The notes: generated from the sequence alone by a model not told the origin. 64,000 nucleotides of DNA from an uncultured Acidimicrobiaceae bacterium (GCA_963785415.1 CAWAVB010000001.1:1187922-1251921); one strand, 5' to 3'. Shown: positions 22,350-32,698, counted from the stretch's first letter. Made by a program: numbers and translations.

Positions 22350-22548
22350 GACCCCATTCTCGCCGAAGGGCCGGGGCTGTGCTGCGCTACAACTGGCAAA
22401 GTGATGGTGATGCACCGTGCACCCGGGTCCAAAGCGCGCCAAGTCGCCTCGACACGGCTGTGACCATCAACCACGTACCAGGCGGAGCTCGATCCGGGAG
22501 TGCGACCGCCAGGCCGAACCCCGTTCGGCACGAGGGAGGTGACCACCG

Positions 22549-24009
22549 TTGAGCACCTGCGATTTGTCGGCGATCGGCCCGTTCGTCGAACGGCACTGGG
22601 AGGACGACGCGCTCGCCACGCTGTCCGAGTACATCGCGATCCCGTGCCTTTCGCCTGAGTTCGACGACAACTGGGCGTCAAACGGGGCGATCGACCAGGC
22701 CGCGGAGCTCCTGCGGACGTGGGCCGGCCGGCGGGCACTCGCCCGCTGCACGGCCGAGGTCGTGCGGCTGCCCGGCCGGACGCCATGCCTTCTCGTCGAT
22801 GCCGGATCGACCGCTGACGGTCCTGCACCGACGACGCTCGTCTACGGCCATCTCGACAAGCAGCCTCCGCTCGGCGCGTGGCGGGAGGGCCTCGACCCGT
22901 TCCGGGCGGTGCGACAGGGCAACCACCTCTACGGCCGGGGAAGCGCCGATGACGGCTACGCGGTGTTCGCTGCGCTCGGGGCGCTCGAGGCCCTGGAGGC
23001 GGTGGGCGCGCCCCACGGGCGCGTCGTCGTGCTCATCGAGGCGAGCGAGGAGAGCGGCAGCTCCGACCTCGATGCGATGCTCGACACGCTCGCCGATCGG
23101 ATCGGGCCCCTGGCGCTCGTCGTCAGCCTCGATTCGGGTTGCATTAGCTACGACCGCCTCTGGGTCACGACATCGCTACGCGGCACGATCAACGCCGTCC
23201 TGCGGGTCGGCGTCATGACCGAAGGGGTCCACAGCGGTCTGGCGGGCGGTGTCGTCCCGTCGTCGTTCCGCGTCCTGCGCGAGCTTCTCGACCGCGTCGA
23301 GGACGCCTCGACCGGTGACGTGCTCATCCCGGGTTGCCAAGTCGAGATCCCGGCCCGACGACGCCGCGAGATCGACACGGTCGCCACCGAGTTCGGCGAC
23401 GCGGCCGCGGGAGACTTCCCCCTCTTGCCGGGCGTGGAGCTCGAGGGCACGGACGCGCCGTCACGCCTCGTCCGCCAGATCTGGCGGGCGTCGCTCGAGG
23501 TCACCGGCGCGGAAGGGTTCCCGCCCATCGAGTCCGCCGGAAACGTGCTCCGCCCGTCGAGTGCGGTGAAGGTTTCGCTGCGGATCCCGCCGACCGCCGA
23601 CGCTGCTGCGGTGGCCGAGGCGCTGCGCGTGGCGATCACGCGCGACCCTCCGTCGGGTGCCGTCATCTCCCTCGAGATCCAGCAGGCGTCCTCGGGCTGG
23701 GACGCCCCCGAACTGCCGGCCTGGCTCGATGCCGCGATCGAGGAATCCTCGGTTCGATCCTTCGCCAACCCACCACGCTCGTTCGGGATGGGCGGCTCGA
23801 TCCCGTTCGTGACTTCGATCGCGCGCCGCTACCCGGCGGCCCAGGTCGTGACGACCGGGGTGCTCGGTCCGGGTTCGAACGCGCACGTCCCCGACGAGTG
23901 CCTCCACCTCCCGACGGCCAAGGCGGTGACGTCCTGCACCGCCCACCTCATCGCCGCGCTCGCCGCGGCGAGCGCGGCGCACGCCCCTCCGCCCCGGTCG
24001 GGGGAGTGA
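22549..24009 (+). CDS. M20-family metallopeptidase (dipeptidase-like)
   Basis: TTG start after GGGAGGTG. The sequence carries YGHLDKQPP, LYGRGSADDGYAVFAAL and EASEESGS metal-ligand motifs. Confidence 0.85.
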   Translation: MSTCDLSAIGPFVERHWEDDALATLSEYIAIPCLSPEFDDNWASNGAIDQAAELLRTWAGRRALARCTAEVVRLPGRTPCLLVDAGSTADGPAPTTLVYGHLDKQPPLGAWREGLDPFRAVRQGNHLYGRGSADDGYAVFAALGALEALEAVGAPHGRVVVLIEASEESGSSDLDAMLDTLADRIGPLALVVSLDSGCISYDRLWVTTSLRGTINAVLRVGVMTEGVHSGLAGGVVPSSFRVLRELLDRVEDASTGDVLIPGCQVEIPARRRREIDTVATEFGDAAAGDFPLLPGVELEGTDAPSRLVRQIWRASLEVTGAEGFPPIESAGNVLRPSSAVKVSLRIPPTADAAAVAEALRVAITRDPPSGAVISLEIQQASSGWDAPELPAWLDAAIEESSVRSFANPPRSFGMGGSIPFVTSIARRYPAAQVVTTGVLGPGSNAHVPDECLHLPTAKAVTSCTAHLIAALAAASAAHAPPPRSGE

Positions 24010-24024
24010 GCGGCCGCCGAGTCC

Positions 24025-25032
24025 CTACGGGCGGACCGGGCCCTCTCCGGCGCCGGTCCGGCTGACCGCGGCGGCGATCTCCGCGAGGTCCGCATCGTCG
24101 AGCGGGAGGTCCGCCGCGGCCGACCACCCGTCGACCTGGGACGGGCTGCGCGCCCCGACGATCGCGCCCGTGACCCCCGGCGTCGCCAGCGTCCAGGCGA
24201 CGGCGACGGCGCCGACCGAGACGCGGTACCGCTCGGCGATCGGCCGCAGCGCGTCGGCGAGGGCGAGGTTCTTCGCGAGTTCCGCCCCGGAGAAATCCGG
24301 GCTCGTCCGGCGCCAGTCCTCCGGGTCGAGTGCTGCAGCACGCGCCTCGCTGAACGTCCCGGAGAGCAGTCCCGCCTGCATCGGGCTGTAGACGATGACC
24401 CCGGTCCCGTGGGCGGCGCACCACGGGATCACATCCCCGCCGGCGCGGCGCTTGACGAGCGAGTACGGCGGCTGGACCGAGTCGACGTGGCCGAGCGCCT
24501 CCGCGGCGTCGAGCAGGTCGACCCCGTGGTTCGAGAGTCCCGCCGCGGCGATCAGGCCCTTGTCCCGCAGGTCGAGGAAGACGTCCCAGTAGGCCTCGAG
24601 CGGGGTCCCGTCCGCCGCCGGCCAGTGCATCTGGTAGAGGTCGATGCGCTCGACCCGCAGCCGGCGCAGACTCGCCTCGACCTCACGCCGCAGGCTCGTC
24701 GGGTCCCCGACGTGGCCCGGCGTGAGCATCGGGTTGTCCGGGTCGACGATCGTTCCGCCCTTGGTGAAGACGTACGGTCGGTCGGCCGGAGCGAATCCCC
24801 CGAGCGCCGCGGCGACGACCTCCTCCGCGTGGCCGATGCCGTAGGCCGCGGCGGTGTCGATCCAGTTGATCCCGAGCTCGACCGCGTGGCGGATCGCCGC
24901 GATCGAGTCCGCGTCGTCCTGGTCGCCCCAGCCGAACCGCCAGCTCCCACCTCCGACCGCCCAGGAGCCATACCCGACCCGGGTGATCTCCATGCCGGTC
25001 TTGCCCAAAGCCCGCGTCGGAAGCAGCGCCAT
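24025..25032 (-). CDS. Aldo/keto reductase
   Basis: 335 aa with GYGSWAVGG, INWIDTAAAYGIGHAEE and LYQMHWP patterns of the AKR family. Confidence 0.9.
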   Translation of the reverse strand: MALLPTRALGKTGMEITRVGYGSWAVGGGSWRFGWGDQDDADSIAAIRHAVELGINWIDTAAAYGIGHAEEVVAAALGGFAPADRPYVFTKGGTIVDPDNPMLTPGHVGDPTSLRREVEASLRRLRVERIDLYQMHWPAADGTPLEAYWDVFLDLRDKGLIAAAGLSNHGVDLLDAAEALGHVDSVQPPYSLVKRRAGGDVIPWCAAHGTGVIVYSPMQAGLLSGTFSEARAAALDPEDWRRTSPDFSGAELAKNLALADALRPIAERYRVSVGAVAVAWTLATPGVTGAIVGARSPSQVDGWSAAADLPLDDADLAEIAAAVSRTGAGEGPVRP

Positions 25033-25086
25033 GTTGTCTCCTGTTCGTTCGCTTCTCCGGCACGTTACGACGCCGGTTCCGCGCTG

Positions 25087-25497
25087 TCAGCCGGATTTGT
25101 TCGGGCCGACGCGGCGCACGGTCATCTTCAGGAGCACGCGGCGGTCGCGCTCCATCGTCGCCCGGTAGTCGTCCCAGTCGGGGTGCTCTCCCGAAATCCG
25201 CCGGTAGTAGTCGACGAGTCCTTCCATCGCCTCCGGCAGCGACACCACCGCGATGTCACCTTCCACCTGGACCCAGTCGCCGAAGAAGCGTTCCGTGAAC
25301 ACGCAGAGCGAGGCGTAGGGCGTCCTTTTCACATTGATCGTCTTCATCGCGGTCTCGCGCGAGCTGACCTCGACGTACCCGTCGCCGTCGACGCCGGCCG
25401 TCACGGGCGAAAGCTGCACCCTGCCGTCCGCCCGTGTCGTTGCGAGCACGGCGCGGTGATGCTCGGCGACGAACTTCTTCGCTTCGATGATGTCCAT
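25087..25497 (-). CDS. Pyridoxamine-5'-phosphate-oxidase-fold (PPOX / F420-dependent class) protein
   Basis: ATG at 25497 gives MDIIEAKKFVAEHHRAVLATTRADGRVQLSPV, typical of the split-barrel FMN/F420-binding family. Confidence 0.7.
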   Translation of the reverse strand: MDIIEAKKFVAEHHRAVLATTRADGRVQLSPVTAGVDGDGYVEVSSRETAMKTINVKRTPYASLCVFTERFFGDWVQVEGDIAVVSLPEAMEGLVDYYRRISGEHPDWDDYRATMERDRRVLLKMTVRRVGPNKSG

Positions 25498-25672
25498 TCT
25501 CCGAGCGTAACCATGGGCGAGCTCGACCCTGATCGCGGACCGGGTCGAAACGCGAATACGCCGCGGACGGGTCGGCGCCCCACTGCCATGCGGGCGACGG
25601 CACCGACGAACAAACGGGGCGGGACCGACGACCACGTCCGGCGGCGCAACGGGCCGGAGCCCGCGGGCACCC

Positions 25673-26056
25673 CTAGTGCACGACTTGGCGATCCGGGGAG
25701 ATCTTCAAGATCACCCGCTCGCTTTCGATCTCGTTCGCGTAGGGCTTCCCCGTGTACTTCTCGGCGAGGAAGTCGATGTGGGCCCGGGCCTCGGGACCCC
25801 GCACCCGCTCCACGACCCGGCCGCGGATCTCCGCGTAGTGGTACGGATTCGTCGCGTCCATGACCGTCACCGTCGCCACCGGGTTCATCTCCACGTTCTT
25901 GAACTTGGTCCGGTGGATCTCGGTATTGACGAGGACGTGGTCGTCGTCAGCGTCGACCCACATGAGGTGCGTCATCGGGCGGCCGCTCGGAAGCATCGTC
26001 GTCAACGCGGCGAAGTTCTTCCCTCTGGCCAGTTCCTTCACGGTCGCATCGAGCAT
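25673..26056 (-). CDS. PPOX-fold (F420/FMN-binding split-barrel) protein
   Basis: AAGGAGG precedes the ATG at 26056. The sequence reads LARGKNFAALTTMLPSGRPMTHLMWVDADDDHVLVNT. Confidence 0.7.
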   Translation of the reverse strand: MLDATVKELARGKNFAALTTMLPSGRPMTHLMWVDADDDHVLVNTEIHRTKFKNVEMNPVATVTVMDATNPYHYAEIRGRVVERVRGPEARAHIDFLAEKYTGKPYANEIESERVILKISPDRQVVH

Positions 26057-26409
26057 CGTCGCCTCCTTGCAACGGGCGATCCAAAGAGATGGTGGCACGA
26101 AACGCGATCCCCCGCTCGTCCCATGTTGGACGACCTTGCCGTGACCGTCCAGTAGGGCTCGCCGGTCCAGAAGTCGTTTTGCGGAGCCTCCGTCCGAACT
26201 TCCCTGAGGTCACGGCCGACCCGTAGGATCAGGGCCGGCCTGTCTGGCACGGTCGCTCGGACGTCTTCGGGACACCGCCACCGTCGTGGGCCGGGCCGGC
26301 TGGGCCCCAGAGCGGCGCCTGAACGGTGTTCCGATAACAGTGAGCGCTCCAGTAACTGAGGATCCACGGGATCGCCGGACCGTCGGTGCCCGCTCCCGGG
26401 AGGCGTGAA

Positions 26410-27447
26410 GTGCGGCATCTCGAGTCATTCCGGGGAACGTGGCAGGTGCGCGCCGTCGCCCTCAGCGCGATCTGGGGCACGAGCTTTCTTTTCATGAAGG
26501 TGGGCGTTCGCTCGTTCGAGCCGTTCGACGTCACGTCGGGCCGGATCGCGATCGGCGCGGTGACCCTCGTCATCGTCCTCGTGGCATCGCACCAGGCCCT
26601 GCCGCGCAGTCTCCGCCTCTGGTGGCATCTCGCCGTCGCGGGCCTGCTGCTGAACGCCGTGCCGTTCACCCTCATCGCCTGGGGTGAGCAACGGATCTCC
26701 TCGGTCGCCGCGGGGATCTGGAACGCGACGACGCCACTTTTCGTCGTGCCAGTGGCGTTCTTGATGGTTCCGTCCGAACGCCCGACGCGTGCCAAGGTGA
26801 CCGGCCTCGCCGTCGGCTTCCTCGGCGTGGCCGTCGTATTCGGCGCCTGGGGCGGGCTGTCCGGGAGCCACCTCTCCGGCGACTTCGCCTGCCTCGGCGC
26901 CTCCGCCTGCTACGGGCTCGGCACCCCGTACGCGAAGCGCTTCGTCACGAGATCATCGGAACCGCCGATCGGCCTCGCCGCCGGCCAGCTCATCGCGGCG
27001 ACCGTCGAGCTCGCGATCGCGTCGCCATTCCTCGCCAGGGTTCCGGCTCATGTCAGCGCGGCGAGCGTCCTGTGCGTCGTCGCCCTCGGCGCCTTCGGGA
27101 CCGGCGTCGCCTACGTCCTCAACTACTCGATCATCCGCGAAGCGGGCGCGTCGAACGCCTCGCTCGTCACGTACATCATCCCCATCTTCTCGACCCTTCT
27201 CGGGATCATCGTTCTCGGAGAGGCCCTCCTCTGGAACGAGCCCGTCGGGGCGGTCGTCATCCTCGTCGGCGTCGCGATTTCCCAGGGCGTGTTCACCCGC
27301 CGACGCTGGGCCGCGGGGAGCCGCGCCCGTCTGGCTCGCGCGACGTCGGGCGACATCGCGTTGGACGCGCAGGAGTTCTCCCTACCCCTGGCGGTGATCA
27401 CGACCGGTGAGCTGGCCGCCACCGAGGAGGTGGAGGGCGATGAGTGA
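26410..27447 (+). CDS. DMT-superfamily (EamA) transporter
   Basis: About 10 predicted TM segments, with AIWGTSFLFMKVG and two EamA-like halves. GGGAGG lies 6 nt before the GTG at 26410 (the track ORF starts at 26386). Confidence 0.8.
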   Translation: MRHLESFRGTWQVRAVALSAIWGTSFLFMKVGVRSFEPFDVTSGRIAIGAVTLVIVLVASHQALPRSLRLWWHLAVAGLLLNAVPFTLIAWGEQRISSVAAGIWNATTPLFVVPVAFLMVPSERPTRAKVTGLAVGFLGVAVVFGAWGGLSGSHLSGDFACLGASACYGLGTPYAKRFVTRSSEPPIGLAAGQLIAATVELAIASPFLARVPAHVSAASVLCVVALGAFGTGVAYVLNYSIIREAGASNASLVTYIIPIFSTLLGIIVLGEALLWNEPVGAVVILVGVAISQGVFTRRRWAAGSRARLARATSGDIALDAQEFSLPLAVITTGELAATEEVEGDE

Positions 27448-28828
27448 CTTTGACGTGGCCGCGATGCTCGCGTCGCGCGACGCCCTGCTCGCCGCCGCGG
27501 CAGAACGCGCCCGCTCCTACCTCGCGGCCATCGACGAGCGGCGTGTTCCGCCAACGCACGAGGCGATCGCCGCTCTCGAGGCGTTCGACATGCCCCTGCC
27601 GGACCGCGGCCTCGACGGGCTCCGCGCCCTCGCGCTCCTCGACGATGTCGGATCGCCCGCGACGATGGCGACGACGGGTCCCCGCTTCTTCGGGTTCGTG
27701 AACGGAGGGGCTCTGCCGATCGCCGTCGCGACCTCGTGGCTGCTCGCCGCCTGGGACCAGAATGCCGCGTTGCGGGTCATGTCGCCGGTTGCGGCGCGTC
27801 TCGAGGCCACAGCGCTTCGATGGTTGACCGAGCTCTTCGGGCTCCCCGAGGGTACGGCCGGCGGTTTCGTGACCGGCGCGACGATGGCGAACGCGACCTG
27901 CCTCGCCGCGGCACGCGACGCGGTCCTCGCGGCGACGGGTTGGGACGCGTCGGCGCGCGGCCTCGTCGGTGCGCCAGAGATCGAGGTCGTCGTGAGCTCC
28001 GAGGCCCACGCGACGGTCCACAAGGCGCTCGGGATCGTCGGGCTCGGCCGGGATCGCGTAACGAGGCTTGCCGTCGACGCGCAAGGACGCGTCCGGGCGG
28101 ATTCGCTCCCGACACTTCGCCAACCGGCGATCGTCTGTCTGCAGGCCGGAAACGTGAACTCAGGAGCGAGCGACCCGTTCGTTCCGCTCGTCCGGTGGGC
28201 TCGCGAGCAAGGCGCGTGGGTCCACGTCGACGGCGCGTTCGGGATGTGGGCCGCCGCGTCGCCGAAGATCGCCCCGGCGGTCGCCGGGGTCGACCGGGCC
28301 GACTCCTGGGCGACGGACGCGCACAAGTGGCTGAACACCACCTACGACTGCGGCATCGCCTTCGTGCGCGACCCCGACGCCCTGCGCCGGTCGATGCAGG
28401 CGCGGGCCGCCTACCTCGTCGCCGAGGCCGAGCACGAGACGATGGAGTACACGCCGCAGTCGTCGCAGCGGGCACGGGGAGCCGAAGTGTGGGCCGTCCT
28501 CGCCACGCTCGGACGCGGCGACGTCGCCGCGCTCGTGGAGCGCTCCTGCGCGCTGGCGAGGCGCTTCGCCGAGGGGCTCGCCGCGTCGGGGTTCCAGGTG
28601 CTCAACGAAGTCGTCTTGAACCAGGTCGTCGTGGAATTCGGGGACGCGGAACGCACCGCCGCCGTGATTGCGGCCGTGCAGGAGGACGGAACGTGCTGGT
28701 GCGGCCCGACGACGTGGCAGAGACGCCGGGCGATGCGCATCAGCGTCTCTTGCTGGGCGACGACGGACGACGACATCGACCGCAGCATCGCCTCCGTCGT
28801 CCGCTGCGCTTCGGAGCCGCACCCGTAG
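27440..28828 (+). CDS. Pyridoxal-phosphate-dependent (group II) amino-acid decarboxylase
   Basis: The ATG at 27440 overlaps the EamA stop by 8 nt. The sequence carries GATMANATCLAAARD and DAHKWLNTTYDCGIAFV (PLP lysine). Confidence 0.8.
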   Translation: MSDFDVAAMLASRDALLAAAAERARSYLAAIDERRVPPTHEAIAALEAFDMPLPDRGLDGLRALALLDDVGSPATMATTGPRFFGFVNGGALPIAVATSWLLAAWDQNAALRVMSPVAARLEATALRWLTELFGLPEGTAGGFVTGATMANATCLAAARDAVLAATGWDASARGLVGAPEIEVVVSSEAHATVHKALGIVGLGRDRVTRLAVDAQGRVRADSLPTLRQPAIVCLQAGNVNSGASDPFVPLVRWAREQGAWVHVDGAFGMWAAASPKIAPAVAGVDRADSWATDAHKWLNTTYDCGIAFVRDPDALRRSMQARAAYLVAEAEHETMEYTPQSSQRARGAEVWAVLATLGRGDVAALVERSCALARRFAEGLAASGFQVLNEVVLNQVVVEFGDAERTAAVIAAVQEDGTCWCGPTTWQRRRAMRISVSCWATTDDDIDRSIASVVRCASEPHP

Positions 28829-28922
28829 GGGCGCTCACGGCTCCTCGGGATCGAGCACCGACTGCCTTCTGCCGCCGTCCGGCCCTGACAAAGGCAAACG
28901 GTGACCGGACGAGGAAGCCTCC

Positions 28923-29696
28923 TTAGAGCACTTTGGCGAGGAACGACCGGGTCCGTTCGTTCTTCGGGTTGGCGAGCATCTCCCGAGGCTGACCGGTCTC
29001 GACGACGACTCCTTCGTCCATGAAGATGAGCGAATCGGCGACCTCGCGGGCAAAACCCATCTCGTGTGTGACGACGATCATCGTCATCCCGTCCTCGGCG
29101 AGACCCCGCATGACGTCGAGGACATCGCCGACGAGCTCGGGATCGAGCGCCGAGGTCGGTTCGTCGAAGAGCATGAGACTCGGCTCCATCGCGAGCGCCC
29201 TTGCGATCGCGATTCGCTGCTGTTGACCGCCTGAGAGCTGACTCGGATAGCTGGCGAGCTTGTCGGCGAGCCCGACCCGGTCGAGGAGCTTGCGGGCACG
29301 CTCCTCGGCGGCCGACCTCAACTCGTGTTTGACCCGGATCGGACCGAGCGTGACATTCTCGAGCGCCGTCATGTGCGGGAAGAGATTGAACCGCTGGAAG
29401 ACCATCCCGATCTTCGCCCGCTTGGCGCAGACCTCCTTGTCCCTCAGCTCGTACAGCTTGCCCCCGTGCTGTCGGTAGCCGACGAGCTCGCCGTCGACCG
29501 AAAGCCGGCCGGCGGTGACCTTCTCGAGGTGGTTGATGCACCGAAGGAACGTGCTCTTGCCCGAGCCCGACGGTCCGATGAGACACGTCACCTGCCCCCT
29601 GGCGACCTCGAGGTCGATCCCGCGCAGGGCCTCGAACCGCCCGTACGACTTGCGCACGCCCTCCGCCTGGACGGCGAGCGTGTCCGACGCCGTCAC
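28923..29696 (-). CDS. Polar amino-acid ABC transporter, ATP-binding protein
   Basis: GTG at 29696 forms a GTGA overlap with the permease stop. Motifs: [35 protein letters not shown]. Confidence 0.9.
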   Translation of the reverse strand: MTASDTLAVQAEGVRKSYGRFEALRGIDLEVARGQVTCLIGPSGSGKSTFLRCINHLEKVTAGRLSVDGELVGYRQHGGKLYELRDKEVCAKRAKIGMVFQRFNLFPHMTALENVTLGPIRVKHELRSAAEERARKLLDRVGLADKLASYPSQLSGGQQQRIAIARALAMEPSLMLFDEPTSALDPELVGDVLDVMRGLAEDGMTMIVVTHEMGFAREVADSLIFMDEGVVVETGQPREMLANPKNERTRSFLAKVL

Positions 29697-30709
29697 GGCA
29701 GGCCCGCCCCGGGTCGGCCCAGGGAATCGATCTGCAGGATCGTGTTCTCCTGGCGCAGGTTGATCACGGCGACGCGCTGGCGGAGCCGCTGATAGGGCGT
29801 GGGCGGGAGCTCTCGCAGTGCGCCCTTCGCGAAGTGGCGCTCCAGGTAGTACTGACCGATCGAGAGGATCGTCGTCACGATGAGGTACCAGATGCAGGCG
29901 ACCATCAGCATCGGCACGATCTCGTAGGTCCACGCGTAGATCAACTCGACGGAGAACAACAGCTCGGCGACGCTGATAACGCTCACCAATGACGACGTCT
30001 TCAGCATCGAGATCGTCTCATTGCCCGTTGGCGGGATGATGACACGCATCGCCTGCGGCAACACGATGCGCCGCAACGTCTGGCCATGCGTCATACCGAG
30101 TGCGTGTGCCGCCTCGGTCTGGCCCTCGTCAACTGACAGGATTCCTGCCCGGACGATCTCGGCCATGTAGGCGCCCTCGTTCAGCCCGAGGGCGATCACT
30201 CCCGCGACGAACGGCGTCACCAAGGTGTTGGCGCTGAAGTGGACGAAGGCCGGACCGAACGGGATGCCGAGCGTCAACTTCGGATACAGGTAGGCGATGA
30301 AATTCCAGAAGATCACCTGGACGAGCACGGGGGTTCCGCGAAAGAACCAGATGTACAGCCAGCTGGCGTTGGAGACGAGCGGGTTCGTCGAGAGGCGCAT
30401 GACCGCAAAGGCAATCCCCAAAAAGATACCGATCGCCATCGCGAGCACGGTCAACTCGATCGTTATCTCAAGACCCAAGAGCACCGGTCTTGCCGTGAAG
30501 TACTGGCCGATCACGTTCCACTGATAACGGGGCGTGTGCACCCCGTAGCGGTACGTCGAGGAGTAAGCGAGAGTGTGGACGAGCATCGCCGCGAGCAGAA
30601 CGACGATCGCCCCGGCCACCCAGCGTCCCGTGTGGCGAACGGGGACCGCTGTGATCCCGCCGCCGGTCGGGCGCGCCCCTTGCGCGCCCGCCGGCTCAGA
30701 TGTCGTCAC
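29693..30709 (-). CDS. Polar amino-acid ABC transporter permease (HisM/GlnP-like)
   Basis: 338 aa, multi-TM, with [22 protein letters not shown] (EAA loop). Confidence 0.9.
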   Translation of the reverse strand: MTTSEPAGAQGARPTGGGITAVPVRHTGRWVAGAIVVLLAAMLVHTLAYSSTYRYGVHTPRYQWNVIGQYFTARPVLLGLEITIELTVLAMAIGIFLGIAFAVMRLSTNPLVSNASWLYIWFFRGTPVLVQVIFWNFIAYLYPKLTLGIPFGPAFVHFSANTLVTPFVAGVIALGLNEGAYMAEIVRAGILSVDEGQTEAAHALGMTHGQTLRRIVLPQAMRVIIPPTGNETISMLKTSSLVSVISVAELLFSVELIYAWTYEIVPMLMVACIWYLIVTTILSIGQYYLERHFAKGALRELPPTPYQRLRQRVAVINLRQENTILQIDSLGRPGAGLP

Positions 30710-30761
30710 GACCAGCGCCTTGCCATGGACCCGCGGGTCACGATGGACTGACGACGACTAG

Positions 30762-31643
30762 CTAGCTGGTCGCGCCGTTGATGACGGGCTTCGAGATCGC
30801 GCCCGATTCGACGCCCCACTTGTCCATGATCTTCGCGTAGATCCCGTCGGAGATGAGCTCCTTGACCGCGCCGAGCACTGGCTTCGCCAGGCCGTTCTTC
30901 GGCAGCGCGATCCCGTACGGCGCAGTCTCGAACGCCTTGCCCGACAGTTTGAACTGCCCCTTGGACTGGGCGACGATGTACGCCGCGACCTGCGAGTCCG
31001 CGAAGCCGATCTGCGCACGGCCCGAAGAGACGGCGAGGTTCGCCTCGCTCTGGGTCTGGTACGTGCTGACGCCGACATGGCACTTCCTCGCCTGGGACTG
31101 CGCGTCGGACGCTTCGGTCGTCCCAAGCTCGACGGAGACCGAATGACCGCAAAGCGACTTGAGGCCGTTCAACTTCAGCTTGCTGTTCGCCGCGACGTAG
31201 AACGCCTCGCCGGCGCTGAAGTAGTCGACGAAATCCACGACCTTCTCACGCAGCTTGTTATCGGTGAACGACGACATGCCGATCTCGTACTTCCCGGCAC
31301 CCATGCCGGTGAGGATGGTCGCGAATGCCACGTTCTCGAGCTTGAGCTTCAACCCGAGCACCTGACCGATCGCGTTGATCAGGTCGACGTCCATGCCGAC
31401 GATCTGGCCGTTGGCGGCCACGAACTCGTCGGGGGGATAGGTCGCGTCCATCGCGACGACGACCGGGGACATGGCGCGTACCGAGGCCGGGACCTCGGCG
31501 GCGAGCGTCGGGGACTTCGGCGCCTTCGGAATCGTCGACCCCCCGCTGCTCGCCGCAGCGGTGGTCGCGGTCGCAACGAGGGAAACCGCAGATAGGAGCG
31601 CCGCGCCGAGGGCAAGCGCACGACGGGAAGAGGGGAGCCGCAC
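30762..31643 (-). CDS. Amino-acid ABC transporter substrate-binding protein (family 3)
   Basis: Signal peptide MRLPSSRRALALGAALLSAVSLVA, then MDATYPPDEF...GMDVDL typical of SBP_bac_3. Confidence 0.85.
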   Translation of the reverse strand: MRLPSSRRALALGAALLSAVSLVATATTAAASSGGSTIPKAPKSPTLAAEVPASVRAMSPVVVAMDATYPPDEFVAANGQIVGMDVDLINAIGQVLGLKLKLENVAFATILTGMGAGKYEIGMSSFTDNKLREKVVDFVDYFSAGEAFYVAANSKLKLNGLKSLCGHSVSVELGTTEASDAQSQARKCHVGVSTYQTQSEANLAVSSGRAQIGFADSQVAAYIVAQSKGQFKLSGKAFETAPYGIALPKNGLAKPVLGAVKELISDGIYAKIMDKWGVESGAISKPVINGATS

Positions 31644-31863
31644 CGTTCACCTCCATGAGGCCGAAATCGGACGTTTATACCTTGGCAACATTCGGAACTT
31701 GGTGCAAAAGACAGTGGCGTTGAACTCCCCCCTCGCCCGAGTGGGACCGAGACGGACTCCATTCGACGACGCGCCGACGGGCGACGTGGGGGGTGCGGCC
31801 TCACCGGACGCGACCAATCCGGGAGTGGTCGACGATCTCCGATCCGCCAGTCGAGCGACGCGA

Positions 31864-31894
31864 CATCGCCACCCGCTGTGCGCGGGTGGCGATG
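31864..31894 (-). terminator. Perfect 13-bp stem / 5-nt loop hairpin about 35 nt downstream of the 31929..32384 gene
   Basis: catcgccacccgc-tgtgc-gcgggtggcgatg read directly. There is no U-tract, which is common for GC-rich actinobacterial terminators. Confidence 0.5.
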
Positions 31895-31928
31895 AAGAAC
31901 CGACGACGCGCGAAGCGTCGGCCGTGAT

Positions 31929-32384
31929 CTATGAGGTCTTCGCGCCCTGCATCTTCTTGACGAACGGCATGACGTACGGAGCGACCGCGACGATCGCCGC
32001 GATCAGGGCGACGAACGCCCCATAGCGCCAACCGACACCCGAGCCACCCGGCTTGAGCAAGAAGCCGATCAGCACGAGGAGGAAGTTGATCCCAGTCGCA
32101 CCGAAAAAGAGCATGTCTTCGGCGAACGGCAACTTGAACGGCATCTCGTCGAAGCTCGCCTTAATCACCAGGTAGATGAGGATTAGGAGGCACAGAATCA
32201 AGTCGATGTAGAGGTACCCGTGCGCCGAGAGTCCGGAAACCGTGGCGCTGACGCTGTAGACGCCGAAGGTCGCGCTCACTCCGAACCAGTCGAGGAACAG
32301 CGAAATAAACAACACAAAGGTTGCGATCCCGACGATGCGGTCGACCTTTGTCCATCGGGCGACATCAAATTTCACTTCGGCCAT
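31929..32384 (-). CDS. Small integral membrane protein, unknown function
   Basis: 151 aa with 4-5 hydrophobic segments. GC is visibly lower than in neighbouring genes. Confidence 0.6.
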   Translation of the reverse strand: MAEVKFDVARWTKVDRIVGIATFVLFISLFLDWFGVSATFGVYSVSATVSGLSAHGYLYIDLILCLLILIYLVIKASFDEMPFKLPFAEDMLFFGATGINFLLVLIGFLLKPGGSGVGWRYGAFVALIAAIVAVAPYVMPFVKKMQGAKTS

Positions 32385-32643
32385 CAGGCCCCCTTGTCAA
32401 TCAGACGACCCTCCCCCGCGCGTTCGTTGCACAGGGTGCGACCGAACCGTACACGCGATCGAACCCGACGCGCCGGGATCCTCCGGCTCCCCTGAACCGG
32501 CTCTGTCCTCCTCGTCGCGGTCACGGCTGCCCGACCGCGACCGGGCGGACCGACCTCCCTGGATCCCGGCCGTCCGAGGATGGTCGGCCGAGGTCAGGGG
32601 CTCTTTCTCGCCGGCGGCAGCGACTGCGCACGATCTCCTCTTG

Positions 32644-32677
32644 CGCGCGCTATCGAACAGGTGTTCGATAGCGCGCG
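32644..32677. promoter_or_regulatory. 34-bp perfect palindrome containing an actinobacterial LexA (SOS) box, TCGAAC-AGGT-GTTCGA
   Basis: cgcgcgctatcgaaca-gg-tgttcgatagcgcgcg has 16-bp perfect arms. The core at 32653-32668 equals the mycobacterial consensus TCGAAC-N4-GTTCGA. It lies about 20 nt upstream of the AAAGGAG RBS of the 32699 ORF. Confidence 0.7.
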
Positions 32678-32698
32678 ACGGACCGAAAGGAGTCGGCA

